From positions 2,176,001 to 2,240,000 of the forward strand of contig CM000153.2 of assembly GCA_000004695.1 (NCBI GenBank): 64,000 nucleotides of DNA, written 5' to 3'. Positions 45,838-57,505 of this stretch are shown one piece after another. The stretch's first letter is position 1. Every line of letters begins with the position of its first letter. Position numbers and translations under genes: made by a program. This stretch comes from Dictyostelium discoideum (Eukaryota). Below the pieces are notes generated by a model that searched no databases, had not been told where the DNA came from, and was given only the letters and a program-made list of their open reading frames with translations.

Positions 45838-46300
45838 GGAACCAAGTTAATCAAAAAATTTCCAAATTTTTAACTTTTTAAAGAAAAATAAAAAAAATAG
45901 AAAGAAAATAAAATGAAAATCACAAACAACACCACAAATATTAAGCAACACAAATGCCTACAAAAAATAAGCGAAATTGTGGATAAAACTCAATTAAAAA
46001 AAAAACAATTCAAATACGTCATAAACATCAATCACGAACCAGACGATAAAATAAAAAAAGATTTAGAAAAAAGTTTGGACAAAAAAGATGTTTTAATCAA
46101 AAGTAATAATACAATTCAAAATTCGAAACAAAAAAAAAAAAAAAAAAAAAAAAAGTAAACTAACCCCTCTTTTAGAGACCCTGTAAAAAAAAAAAAAAAA
46201 TAAAATAAAATGAGATCTAGCATCTCAAGGAGAAGCAAATAATAATTGCGTTATCCAATTCAAAAAAAAAAAAGTTGTATAAGAATTTTTTTTTTTTTGA
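44383..46300 (+). mobile_element. Tandem array of three TRE5-like (tRNA-gene-targeted non-LTR retroelement) copies. Copy 1 (44383..45002) runs into the N gap. Copies 2 (45103..45860) and 3 (45861..46300) are internally deleted, with the ORF start fused to the 3' module plus oligo(A).
   Basis: Each copy starts aacctgggaacc(c)aagttaatca.aaaatttcca.atttttaactttttaaagaaaaataaaaaaaatagaaagaaaataa.ATGAAAATCACAAACAACACC... The encoded start is MKITNNTTNIKQHKCLQKISEIVDKTQLKKKQFKYVININHEPDDKIKKDLEKSLDKKDVLIKSNNT. Copies 2 and 3 then jump to ...caattcaaaattcgaaac(A)n-gtaaactaacccctcttttagagaccctgtaaaaa...gagatctagcatctcaaggagaagcaaataataattgcgttatccaattc(A)n. The array is adjacent to the 5' flank of a tRNA gene, which is the known niche of TRE5 elements. 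Family assignment is from memory of the element's architecture, not from a database search. Confidence 0.5.
44462..45002 (+). CDS. Putative retroelement ORF1 N-terminal part (180 aa read before the gap). The start is repeated at 45152 and 45913 in the truncated copies.
   Basis: The ORF reads MKITNNTTNIKQHKCLQ...FKILTDSISTVIYFVNMFDAELKGQFITTIRPKNMYTDFDWYKSLTEIEWVIENEGCKLIKLEIKGETLIIKTVKRVVEEFDTIIELDNLTLIGHSNKGWRDQTSLPENQEEI and is continuous into the N gap. It has no homopolymer bias, unlike the surrounding DNA. Confidence 0.4.
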
Positions 46301-46480
46301 ATTGGTTTAAAGGTGTCATAGAATACCAAATGGATGAAACACTTTGCAAAGGTGTCATCGAAAAATATTTGGGTGATACACTTAGCTAAGGTGTCATTGA
46401 AAAATATTTGGGTGATACACTTTGCTAAGGTGTCCACATAAATATTTGGGTGAAAATTTTGCTCAGGTGTAATTTAAAAC
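46300..46480 (-). repeat. About 4.5 tandem units of a ~40-bp repeat, read on the minus strand as GACACCTTAGCAAAGTGTATCACCCAAATATTTTTCAATGA. Each unit reproduces the first 17 nt of the tRNA-Ser gene (including the A box) plus its 5' flank.
   Basis: On the plus strand: aaggtgtcatagaataccaaatggatgaaacactttgc / aaaggtgtcatcgaaaaatatttgggtgatacacttagct / aaggtgtcattgaaaaatatttgggtgatacactttgct / aaggtgtccacataaatatttgggtgaaaattttgctc / aggtgtaa... The array lies immediately 3' of the last element copy. Confidence 0.85.
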
Positions 46481-47099
46481 TATTTGTAAGGGAAGTGGTA
46501 TACTCTAGAAGGTCTTATAAGTTAATTATTATATTTATATTTAGTTTATATTTATATTTTGTTTTATTTATTTTTCACTTGAAAAAAAAAGTTACCAAAA
46601 AATTAAAATGAAAAAAAAAAAATAATAAAAATAAAAGTTATTATAAATGAAACTTATTATAAATAAAAAAAAACATATTTTATTAAAATATGAAAAAAAA
46701 AAATAAGAAAATATAAAAAATAAATTTTATTTTAACGGTTTATATTTTTTTTTTAAATAATAATAAAATTATTAATAAATAAGATTAATTATAAAAAATG
46801 TAATTTTTATTATTTCTATAAAAAAAAAGTGTCATTTTTTAAAATTGATAACATACAAAAAAATCTATATCATAAAAATATTTTTTATATTATAAACATC
46901 TATTTTAGAATTACACTTTTTCTTTTACCAAAATCTGTAATAATTTTTTTAATAAAATGTATTTAAATAAAAATTTTTTTTTTTTTTTTTAAAATGCATA
47001 ATTTTTAAATTTAATTATTTATTTGTTTGATAAAACCTTTTAAATTTTTTTTAACAATTTTTTTTTTACAAGTAAAATTTATAATAATGCCAAGATATA

Positions 47100-49310
<2,211 letters not shown>

Positions 49311-49961
49311 AAAAATAATAAAACTTTATTTAAATATTATTTTTGATTTTAATTTTTTTTTTTTTTTTTATTTTTTTATTTATTTTTTATTTTTTTATTT
49401 TATTTTTTATTTAATTTTATTTAATTTAACTATCTTTTTATAAAAAAAAAAACTACGGATAAATTTTTTAAAAAAAATGGATATTTATTTTAAAAAAATT
49501 GGATATAAGTGAAAAATATAAGGATGGAGATGGATATACAAAAAAACACCTTTTATCCAAAAGTTGGATAAAGGCAAAACACTAGGCAAGATCGGTAAAA
49601 ATATCTTGTAAATTACTAACTTGTTGGTATTCAAGCCACCTTCGTTTGTTTCATTTGTCCCATGCGAAAATTACCATATTAATTTCAGCATCGAGTTTTT
49701 TATTATTATTTTTAATTCTTTTATATCTGAGATGATTATTATTAATTAAATGAGAGTTTTTTTTTTTTTTTTTATACCCAAAATTACCATATTAATTTCA
49801 GCACGAACATTGAGAAATGTTTAACATTAGCCCTTTTTTATATTTTCATTTATTTATAATTTTTCATATATTAATTTTATTATTTTTTTTATTTATTTTT
49901 ATTTATTTTTATTTATTTGATTTTCAACTAAATATAAATGTAAAATTATTAGTTATAGTTA

Positions 49962-49998
<37 letters not shown>

Positions 49999-50017
49999 AA
50001 TATTAGTTATAGTTATT

Positions 50018-50052
<35 letters not shown>

Positions 50053-50529
50053 TAATTGACTAAAAATTTTTGAACCTCTATTGAAATAAACTATAATTAA
50101 AAATAAAAATGGTATGCTAAGGATTTATTATTTTAATTTGTTAACAAAAAAAAAAAAAAAAAAAAGATGGTATAGAAAATAAAAATAAATAAACAAAAAT
50201 AAAAATGAATAATAAAAAATACTACATACATTAGGTTTTTACAAAGTCGTAAACAATATATTCATATTTTCTAACCATAAGTTTAAATAAACTAAGGTAA
50301 AATGTACATTATTTAATTAAAAAAAAAAAAAAAAAATTAAAAAAAAGTTTTTATTTTTTATTTTTTTTTTTATTTTTTTTTTAAAACGAACTTGTTATTT
50401 TAAAAAAATAATTTAAAGTCAATGTGATATATGAAATAAAAAAAGACTTGAGATCAGCAGACCATTTGGTCAAATTTAAAAAAAAAAAAACCTTTGGAAT
50501 GAGTTTGGTAATTTTTTTTTTTTTTATGG

Positions 50530-50860
50530 CAGCCCTTTTTTGATGACAGCTTAGCAAATTATATCACCCAGATATTTTTCGATGACACCTTAGCAAAGTA
50601 TATCACCCAAATATTTTTAGATGACAGCTTAGCAAAGTGTTTCACCAATATATTTTTCGTTCACACTTAGCAAAGTGTATCACCCATTGGTATTCGATGA
50701 CAGCTTAGCAAAGTGAATCACCCATTTGGTATTCGATGACACCTTAGCAAAGTGTATCACCCAAATATTTTTCGATGACAGCTTAGCAAAGTGTTTCACC
50801 AAAATATTTTTCGATGACACCTTAGCAAAGTGTATCACCCATTTGGTATTCGATGACTTT
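50530..50860 (+). repeat. About 8 tandem units of the same ~40-bp tRNA-5'-end-derived repeat (plus-strand orientation, the same as the right-hand tRNA-Ser).
   Basis: The units read cttagcaaattatatcacccagatatttttcgatgaca / ccttagcaaagtatatcacccaaatatttttagatgaca / gcttagcaaagtgtttcaccaatatatttttcgttcaca / cttagcaaagtgtatcacccattggtattcgatgaca / gcttagcaaagtgaatcacccatttggtattcgatgaca / ccttagcaaagtgtatcacccaaatatttttcgatgaca / gcttagcaaagtgtttcaccaaaatatttttcgatgaca / ccttagcaaagtgtatcacccatttggtattcgatgac. Confidence 0.88.
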
Positions 50861-50879
50861 TTTTTTTTTTTTTAATAAC

Positions 50880-51590
50880 ATCACTCGATTTGGTATTCGA
50901 TGACAGTTTTTTTTTGAATTGGATAACGCAATTATTAGTTGCTTCTCCTTGAGATGCTAGATTTAATTTATAGTTTTTTACAGGGTCTCTAAAAGAGGGG
51001 TTAGTTTATTTTTTTTTTATTTTTTTTTTTTTGTTTCGAATTTTGAATTGTATAATTACTTTTGATTAAATCATCTTTTTTATCCAAATTTTTTTCTAAA
51101 TCTTTTTTTATTTTATCATCAGCCGACAGTATGGCGGGTCTTGAAGTTGATGGTGTGATGACTACCAAACCTCCACTCATACTATCGGTGAAACCTTAAG
51201 CCACTTTCGTGACCGACACTCGCTCTCATCTCTCGAGCCACTCACTCGCCATTCGTCTTTATATATATTTTTACTTTTATCGACTTACTTTGTGTGAGCG
51301 CGAGAGGCACCAGCCTCCTTCCAGTTACTTGAAGTGTCTCGCCAGTGTGCCACACGTTTACTGTTGCAGTGACTGACTAACCAACGGCTTCGCTTGTGCA
51401 CCGGGGTAACCTGTCGGCCGTTGTGCCGTCGGATGGTTTTTGGAAGCTACCTCCCCAGATTCATTTCGGAGTTTTTTGGTTGCGATACTTATTGGTCAGG
51501 TTATACATGTCGAGGAGATTTTGCTTTAACCCATCAATATGAGTGTATATTACTTCCTTCTCTTGATCTGGGTCCTCTATGTGTATTCGA
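50880..51590 (-). mobile_element. Inverted partial TRE5-like element in minus orientation. The GC-rich 5' module (51121..51590) is joined to the ORF1 fragment (...DDKIKKDLEK...) and to the 3' module plus oligo(A) (50880..51060). Its 5' end lies ~45 bp upstream of the right-hand tRNA-Ser.
   Basis: The reverse complement of 50880-51120 matches the left-arm copies: ggataaaaaagatgatttaatcaaaagtaattatacaattcaaaattcgaaac(A)n..taaactaacccctcttttagagaccctgtaaaaaa...atctagcatctcaaggagaagcaactaataattgcgttatccaattcaaaa. 51121-51590 is an atypically GC-rich (~50%) non-coding block (agccgacagtatggcgggtcttgaagttgatggtgtgatgactacc...ccggggtaacctgtcggccgttgtgccgtcgg...). That block is absent from the left-arm copies. 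Confidence 0.5.
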
Positions 51591-51630
51591 TGACAGCTTA
51601 GCAAAGTGTATCACCCATTTGGTATTCGAC

Positions 51631-51711
51631 GACACCTTAGCAAAGTGGTTAATGCGGCGCCCTGCTAAGGCGTTCTCTTCGGAGGCGCAGGTTCGAACCC
51701 TGCAGGTGTCG
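51631..51711 (+). tRNA. tRNA-Ser (anticodon GCU), identical in sequence to the copy at complement(44197..44277).
   Basis: The same 81-nt sequence GACACCTTAGCAAAGTGGTTAATGCGGCGCCCTGCTAAGGCGTTCTCTTCGGAGGCGCAGGTTCGAACCCTGCAGGTGTCG occurs on the plus strand. Confidence 0.88.
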
Positions 51712-51743
51712 ATACTTTCGAAAAAAAAAAACTAATGAGCGCT

Positions 51744-51754
51744 GGTTCGAATCT
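51744..51754 (+). promoter_or_regulatory. External B box downstream of the tRNA-Ser gene.
   Basis: GGTTCGAATCT lies 33 bp past the tRNA 3' end. Confidence 0.45.
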
Positions 51755-52340
51755 CTTTGAGATGAATATTGAAGTAAATATTTAAAAAAAAAAAAATAAA
51801 GATTAAATAACAAAAAAATCTTTATTTATATAAATTTTTAAATACCAAATTTAAATTTATTGTTTAGGATATTAAATTACACAAACAATGGGGAATTTAA
51901 TATCCCAAAAAATATCCCAAAAATAATTGATATTTTTTTTTTACAAAAATCTTTATATTATTTTTTTTAAAAAAATCTTTTTCAAATCAAAACATTAAAA
52001 AAAAAAAAAATATATTATATTTTTATATTTTTCTTATTTTTTTATTTTTTTTTTTATGTTTTGGGTTGAAAAAATATCTAAATGATCCACAAAAATAACT
52101 TGATTTGAAAAATGAAATCTAAATTAAAAATTTTGGGTTTAAAATTGCGCAATAATTATTTTAAAAAAGATTTTTTTTAATTTATTGAATTAAAACAAAA
52201 TATCCTTTTTTTTAAGTACACAAACAATTATTTTTTTTTTTTTAATTTGATTTTTTTAATTTGATTTTTTTTTTTTTTTTTAAAAAAATATTAATACACT
52301 GTAAAACTTTTTTTTTTTTTTTTTTTTTTTTATTTTAAAA

Positions 52341-52799
52341 ATGAAATATATAATAAATAATTTTATTTTTTTGACATTTTTTTTATTAATTTATTTTTTT
52401 AGTAAAAACAATGGCCAAACTTTAATTGACATTTCAAGTAATGATATAAATACCTATAATAAATACTTAATAGACAGGAATTGTTTTTTCACTATTATTG
52501 TTTTATCATCAGATCCAATCATGTATGTAGAACCAGTAGGTGATTTTATTGAGAGTTGGGGATACATTGAAAAATTAAGTAACTCTTCACACTATATTTA
52601 TTCTTTGGATATCTCTACAATAAAAGGTCAACTCCCAATATTAATTGGAAATGGTTTATTAAACATTAGTTTGGATTTAAATTGTTTTGGTAATTAAAAT
52701 TTTTTTAAAAAAATATATATATTTAATATTTATTTTAATTACATTATATTACAAACTCTATATATATATATTTTTTTTTTTAATAATTACTAATTTTTC

Positions 52800-52833
<34 letters not shown>

Positions 52834-53209
52834 GTTTTGGAAACAAATGTTGAAATTGTTTCATTACCAAATTATTATTCAAAAAGGTTACCATTAGCAC
52901 CATTGAATATGTTTTTATTTAAAGGTTTAAAGTATTATTTAAGAAATTTTCCAGAGGAATATATAACTGGGTTTACTCCAATAGCATTTAACTCATTTCC
53001 AATAACTGGTGATTTATATGGAGGTGGATTTTCAATTCAATTACAATTATTTGAAAACAATTTACCAATTTTAATTGATTATAATATAACTTCAAATTTT
53101 ATATGTAAGTATTTAAAAAAAATAATTTAAAATAAAAAAAATTAAATTTTAAAAAAAAAAAAAAAAAAAAAAAAATTAAAAAAAATTATAAAAAATTTAA
53201 TTAAATAAT

Positions 53210-53292
<83 letters not shown>

Positions 53293-54212
53293 ATAAATAA
53301 TAATAATAATAATAATTTATAATTATATAAAGATGAAGAATTTAATTATAGTTATATAGTAAATAAATTTCCTAATGTGCCAAGAGAACAAGAAATTTTT
53401 GAAATTGGATATGGGTATTCTCCATTAGTAACAATTACTCTTAAAACAACAAATGAAAATGATGTTGCAATTGTATTTTTCACAAATATGAATGATATTG
53501 GTCCAACTCCAATTTATTCAAACCTTACTCATACTACTTATTTAACAAATATTGAATTTGACCAAAATGATAATACATTTTATGATTCCTATATTAAAAA
53601 TGGTGAAGATTATATTCCATTAACTAATGATTCTGTAAAAATTAAAGGTAAATTTATTAAAAAAAAAAAAAATTAATAATAAAAAAATAAAAAAAAATAA
53701 AATAATTTAGATTTTTAAAATTCTAATCTTTTTTTTTTTTTAAAAAAAAATATTAAATAAATTTAGAAAAAGAAATTAATAATATTTTATATACTGGATT
53801 TTTGGATAGTTCAATTCCAACTATATCAAATAATGTTTTATTTACAATTGGTATTAATTCATCAACTCAATATGATTTTTCAGAATATATTTATAAACTT
53901 TCAAATTTTAGAGACTTTACAACACAATTAAGTTGGCCATACGGTTTTGAAAAAGGTTCAAATGATCTATTTACACATAAGCATTCTTTTTTACTAACAT
54001 CAAAATCATTTTATACATATTTTTACCTTGAAATTCTTTCAAAAGGAGTCACTCAATATTATCAATATATTGAAAATGATTCACGTAATTATTTTTTATT
54101 TTTTTTTATTATTATTTTTATTATTATTTTTATTATTATTATTTTTATTGTTATTAAAAAACAATTAAAAAAAAATATATTTTTTTATTTAAATCAAATT
54201 TTTAAATTTTAA

Positions 54213-54245
<33 letters not shown>

Positions 54246-54635
54246 AGCTCCAAATACTGATATTACATTGAATTCACTTGAAATTATTTGGTTATATGAA
54301 TTTAAATTTTTATTTAGATTTGGAATTAATTCATCAATTCAATTTAGTTGTATTGAAATTAATAATAAAATATATAGACAAGAGAATTTGGTTTTATCAT
54401 CTTATGTTTCACCACCACCATCAACTGAACCTCCCATTCAAACTCTTACAAGAAATTTATTTGATTCAGAAAATGATAATGTTTTTTATGAAATTGTAAT
54501 TGACACAGTATTTTACTTCCCAAATCAATATTATGTAGTAGATGTATATGAAAATTATAGACGTTACTATATTGGTGATTATTTAAATATGAATCCAATT
54601 TCTAAAATTGAGCCTCCACAAATTTTAAAAGGTAT

Positions 54636-54671
<36 letters not shown>

Positions 54672-57365
54672 AAATTATTAATTTTAAAAAATTTAAAATT
54701 CTTAGATGTTGACATTTATTCTGTTTCAAATATTGAATATTTATTTAATGATGTTGATATTACAAATAGTTCTATTTCAAATATAATTTATTTTAATTTT
54801 TCAAATCAAAATGTTCAATTAAATAGACCAATGGCATTAGTTTTATTAGATAGAGTTTCAATAAATAATTTAAAAAATACAGATGTAGATGAACAAATTG
54901 GTACTAGTAAATTATTTTATTCTAAATGGAATTCAACAAAGAAAATGTTTCAAATTGAATTTACAATTCCTGCAAATACTCAATCAGGAATTTTACCATG
55001 GTATATTGCATTCTCAAGTGAAACTTTAATTAATGATAGATCTACTCATCGTCCTGGCTTTGCTAAATTATCTTCACCTATTTTTAATTCTAATAATGAG
55101 TTAGATCCTACAAGACTTTATAGTTCATTCTTAAAATCATCTGATCAATTATATGTTAAAACTGATAACTTTGATGCCTATGGACCAATCTTTTCAAATA
55201 TTACTACAATTGTTGAAAAAGATTATGTTGGTTGGATTTTAACAATTTCTGATTCAATTAATGGATTTAGTTATGGTGATATAACTGTAAGAGGTGAAAA
55301 AGATAGTTCAATTTATAATTTTCATTTAACACCTTCAAATGCTTTGGGAAATAGTGATAAATGGAATTCAAATTATCAATTAATTATAAATTTAAATTCA
55401 AACTTTTGTATTAATCAAACCTATATAATTACAAAAGTAAAATTATTTGATACTCAAGGAAATAGAGCATCATTTTCAGTTTCTGGTTCAATTGTTGAAC
55501 CACTTGAAAATCCATTTATAAACTTTCTTAATAATCCAGATATTTTAAAGGTTGAATATAATTGTATTTCTTCTTTATCAGATATTGATGGTCCAGAATT
55601 ATATAGTTTTGATGTTATTCAAACAGGTTCAATATTTGAATTTTTTTTTTCAGCAATTGATCAACAAAGTGGATTAAAACCAAATCAAAGACCAATTGTT
55701 TATTTATCAACTTATCAATTACAAACTCTACAATGTATTTCAGAAATTTCATTCTTAAATGAAACATTTTCAAATTATTCTTGTTCAATTGAAATACCAT
55801 ATGGATTTGGTTTTGTTCAAGGTGGTGAATATATTGTTTCAGTTTATGGTTTCATTAATAATGCTGGTTACTATTCTGGATTTTCAACTGAAACTTTATA
55901 TTCTTTAGGATATAATTGTATTTTTGATTCTATTAAACCTCAACCAAGATTATTAATAACTGGAACAAGTTCTTTTAATGAAAATAGTAATGAACTTTGG
56001 ATATTTGGTGGTGAATTTAATATTCCAACAGTTAGTTTTCAAAATGTTTCAATCGTTTATTCAAATGGTGAAAAATATATTCTTTCAATTCAAAAGTCAT
56101 ATTCATCATCAATTTTAATTAATGAAATAAAACCAACTAGTGAATCATTTACTGTCCAAGTTATATTTTATGATGAATTTAATAATGCTATAAATGAATC
56201 AAATATTTATACAGTTAAACCAATTAAATTAAATTTTATTCAACCAAAACCAATTCCAATTCCAAATAATCCAACTGTTGAATGTAAGGGAAATCCAGAA
56301 TGTGGTGGTGATAAAAATGGTTATTGTTCAAAATCAGTTGGATGTATTTGTTATTCACCATGGGTTGGTTTAGATTGTTCATCAAAGGTGATTATTATAC
56401 CAACACCAACACTTAATAAATCAGAACCAACTTTTGAAATTCCAATTTTAGATAATCAAGATGATAATACTGATGATTTTTTATATAAATCATTAATTTC
56501 AATTGTATCATTAAGAGAATTAGATTTTAATTTAAATATTGTAAATTATTATACATTTAATAATAAATGGAATGTTACAAAAATTAATTCATACACCAAT
56601 CAATACAAAACAGATATAATTGTTTCACCATCAATTTTATCAAATAATCAAGAAACCACTACAACAATAATTGTAACTTTACAATGGTTTAAAGATAGTA
56701 TGGATATTACATTTGCAAATCAAAAATTAAATATGAAAGCATCAAGTATAAAATATACAATTGAAATTTCAAATTATCAATTTAAAAGTAAACTTAATCA
56801 ACTTCAATTAATTTTATCAGCATCATTTAAATCATCAAATACTGAAGGAATTTGTTCAAATAAAGATTTTGGTGATACAACTTCAACTGATAATTCAAAT
56901 TATATGAAAATTCAAATTGGTGATCGTTCATTATATGGTAGGTTTATTAAAAGAGCAATTATTGATAAATTAATTAAAAGTGTTCAAAATGAAATTATAA
57001 ATGAAACAACATTAAATAATTATGAAAAACAACTAATAACTGAAAGAAGTGCATCATCAGATTATTCATTCATTGGAATTACAATTCCATACTATCGTGA
57101 AAATATAATTCTTGATCCTGATTTTTCAATTCTTTTAGATTCTTTTAAAGTTTCAAAATCTGATCAAGGTTCAATTTGTAATGGTGAAGGTACTGATCCT
57201 TCAATTAAATCTGGTTTATCAAATGGTCAAATTGCTGGTATAATCATTGGTGCTATTGGTTTTGCAACTGTTATAGTAATCAGTGTTATTTATCATTTTT
57301 GGAAAAATAAAAGAGATTCAAAATTTAATAGTCAAATGCAAAATAAATTAAAAGAAATAAAATAA
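52341..57365 (+). CDS. Large secreted-type / type-I membrane glycoprotein of about 1430 aa. It has a signal peptide, a long N-glycosylation-rich ectodomain, one EGF-like module, a single TM helix and a short basic tail. Model is join(52341..52689,52835..53104,53333..53647,53767..54084,54248..54631,54706..57365). The exon-3 acceptor is alternatively at 53351.
   Basis: The N-terminus is MKYIINNFIFLTFFLLIYFFSKNNGQ, a signal peptide. Six exons are joined by phase-1 introns (GTAATT/GTAAGT/GTAAAT/GTATTT ... AG), and each exon boundary preserves the ORF-track frames. The last exon has CKGNPECGGDKNGYCSKSVGCICYSPWVGLDCS (EGF-like), then ...SGLSNGQIAGIIIGAIGFATVIVISVIYHFWKNKRDSKF (TM plus stop-transfer). 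There are many NxS/T sequons. I cannot assign it to a named family. Confidence 0.65.
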
Positions 57366-57408
57366 AATATATTAAATTTTTACAAATATTTATTTATTTA
57401 AATATAAT

Positions 57409-57474
57409 TTATATTGCTGATCCAGTAAATGAATCATCAACTGAAATGGAAGAAGATATTGTTGAAAAAATATT

Positions 57475-57505
<31 letters not shown>

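Noticed and set aside
51394-51735. ORF 51394..51735(+) 'MCTGVTCRPLCRR...'.
   Set aside because: It reads through the GC-rich retroelement module and the tRNA-Ser gene, and is a non-coding artefact.
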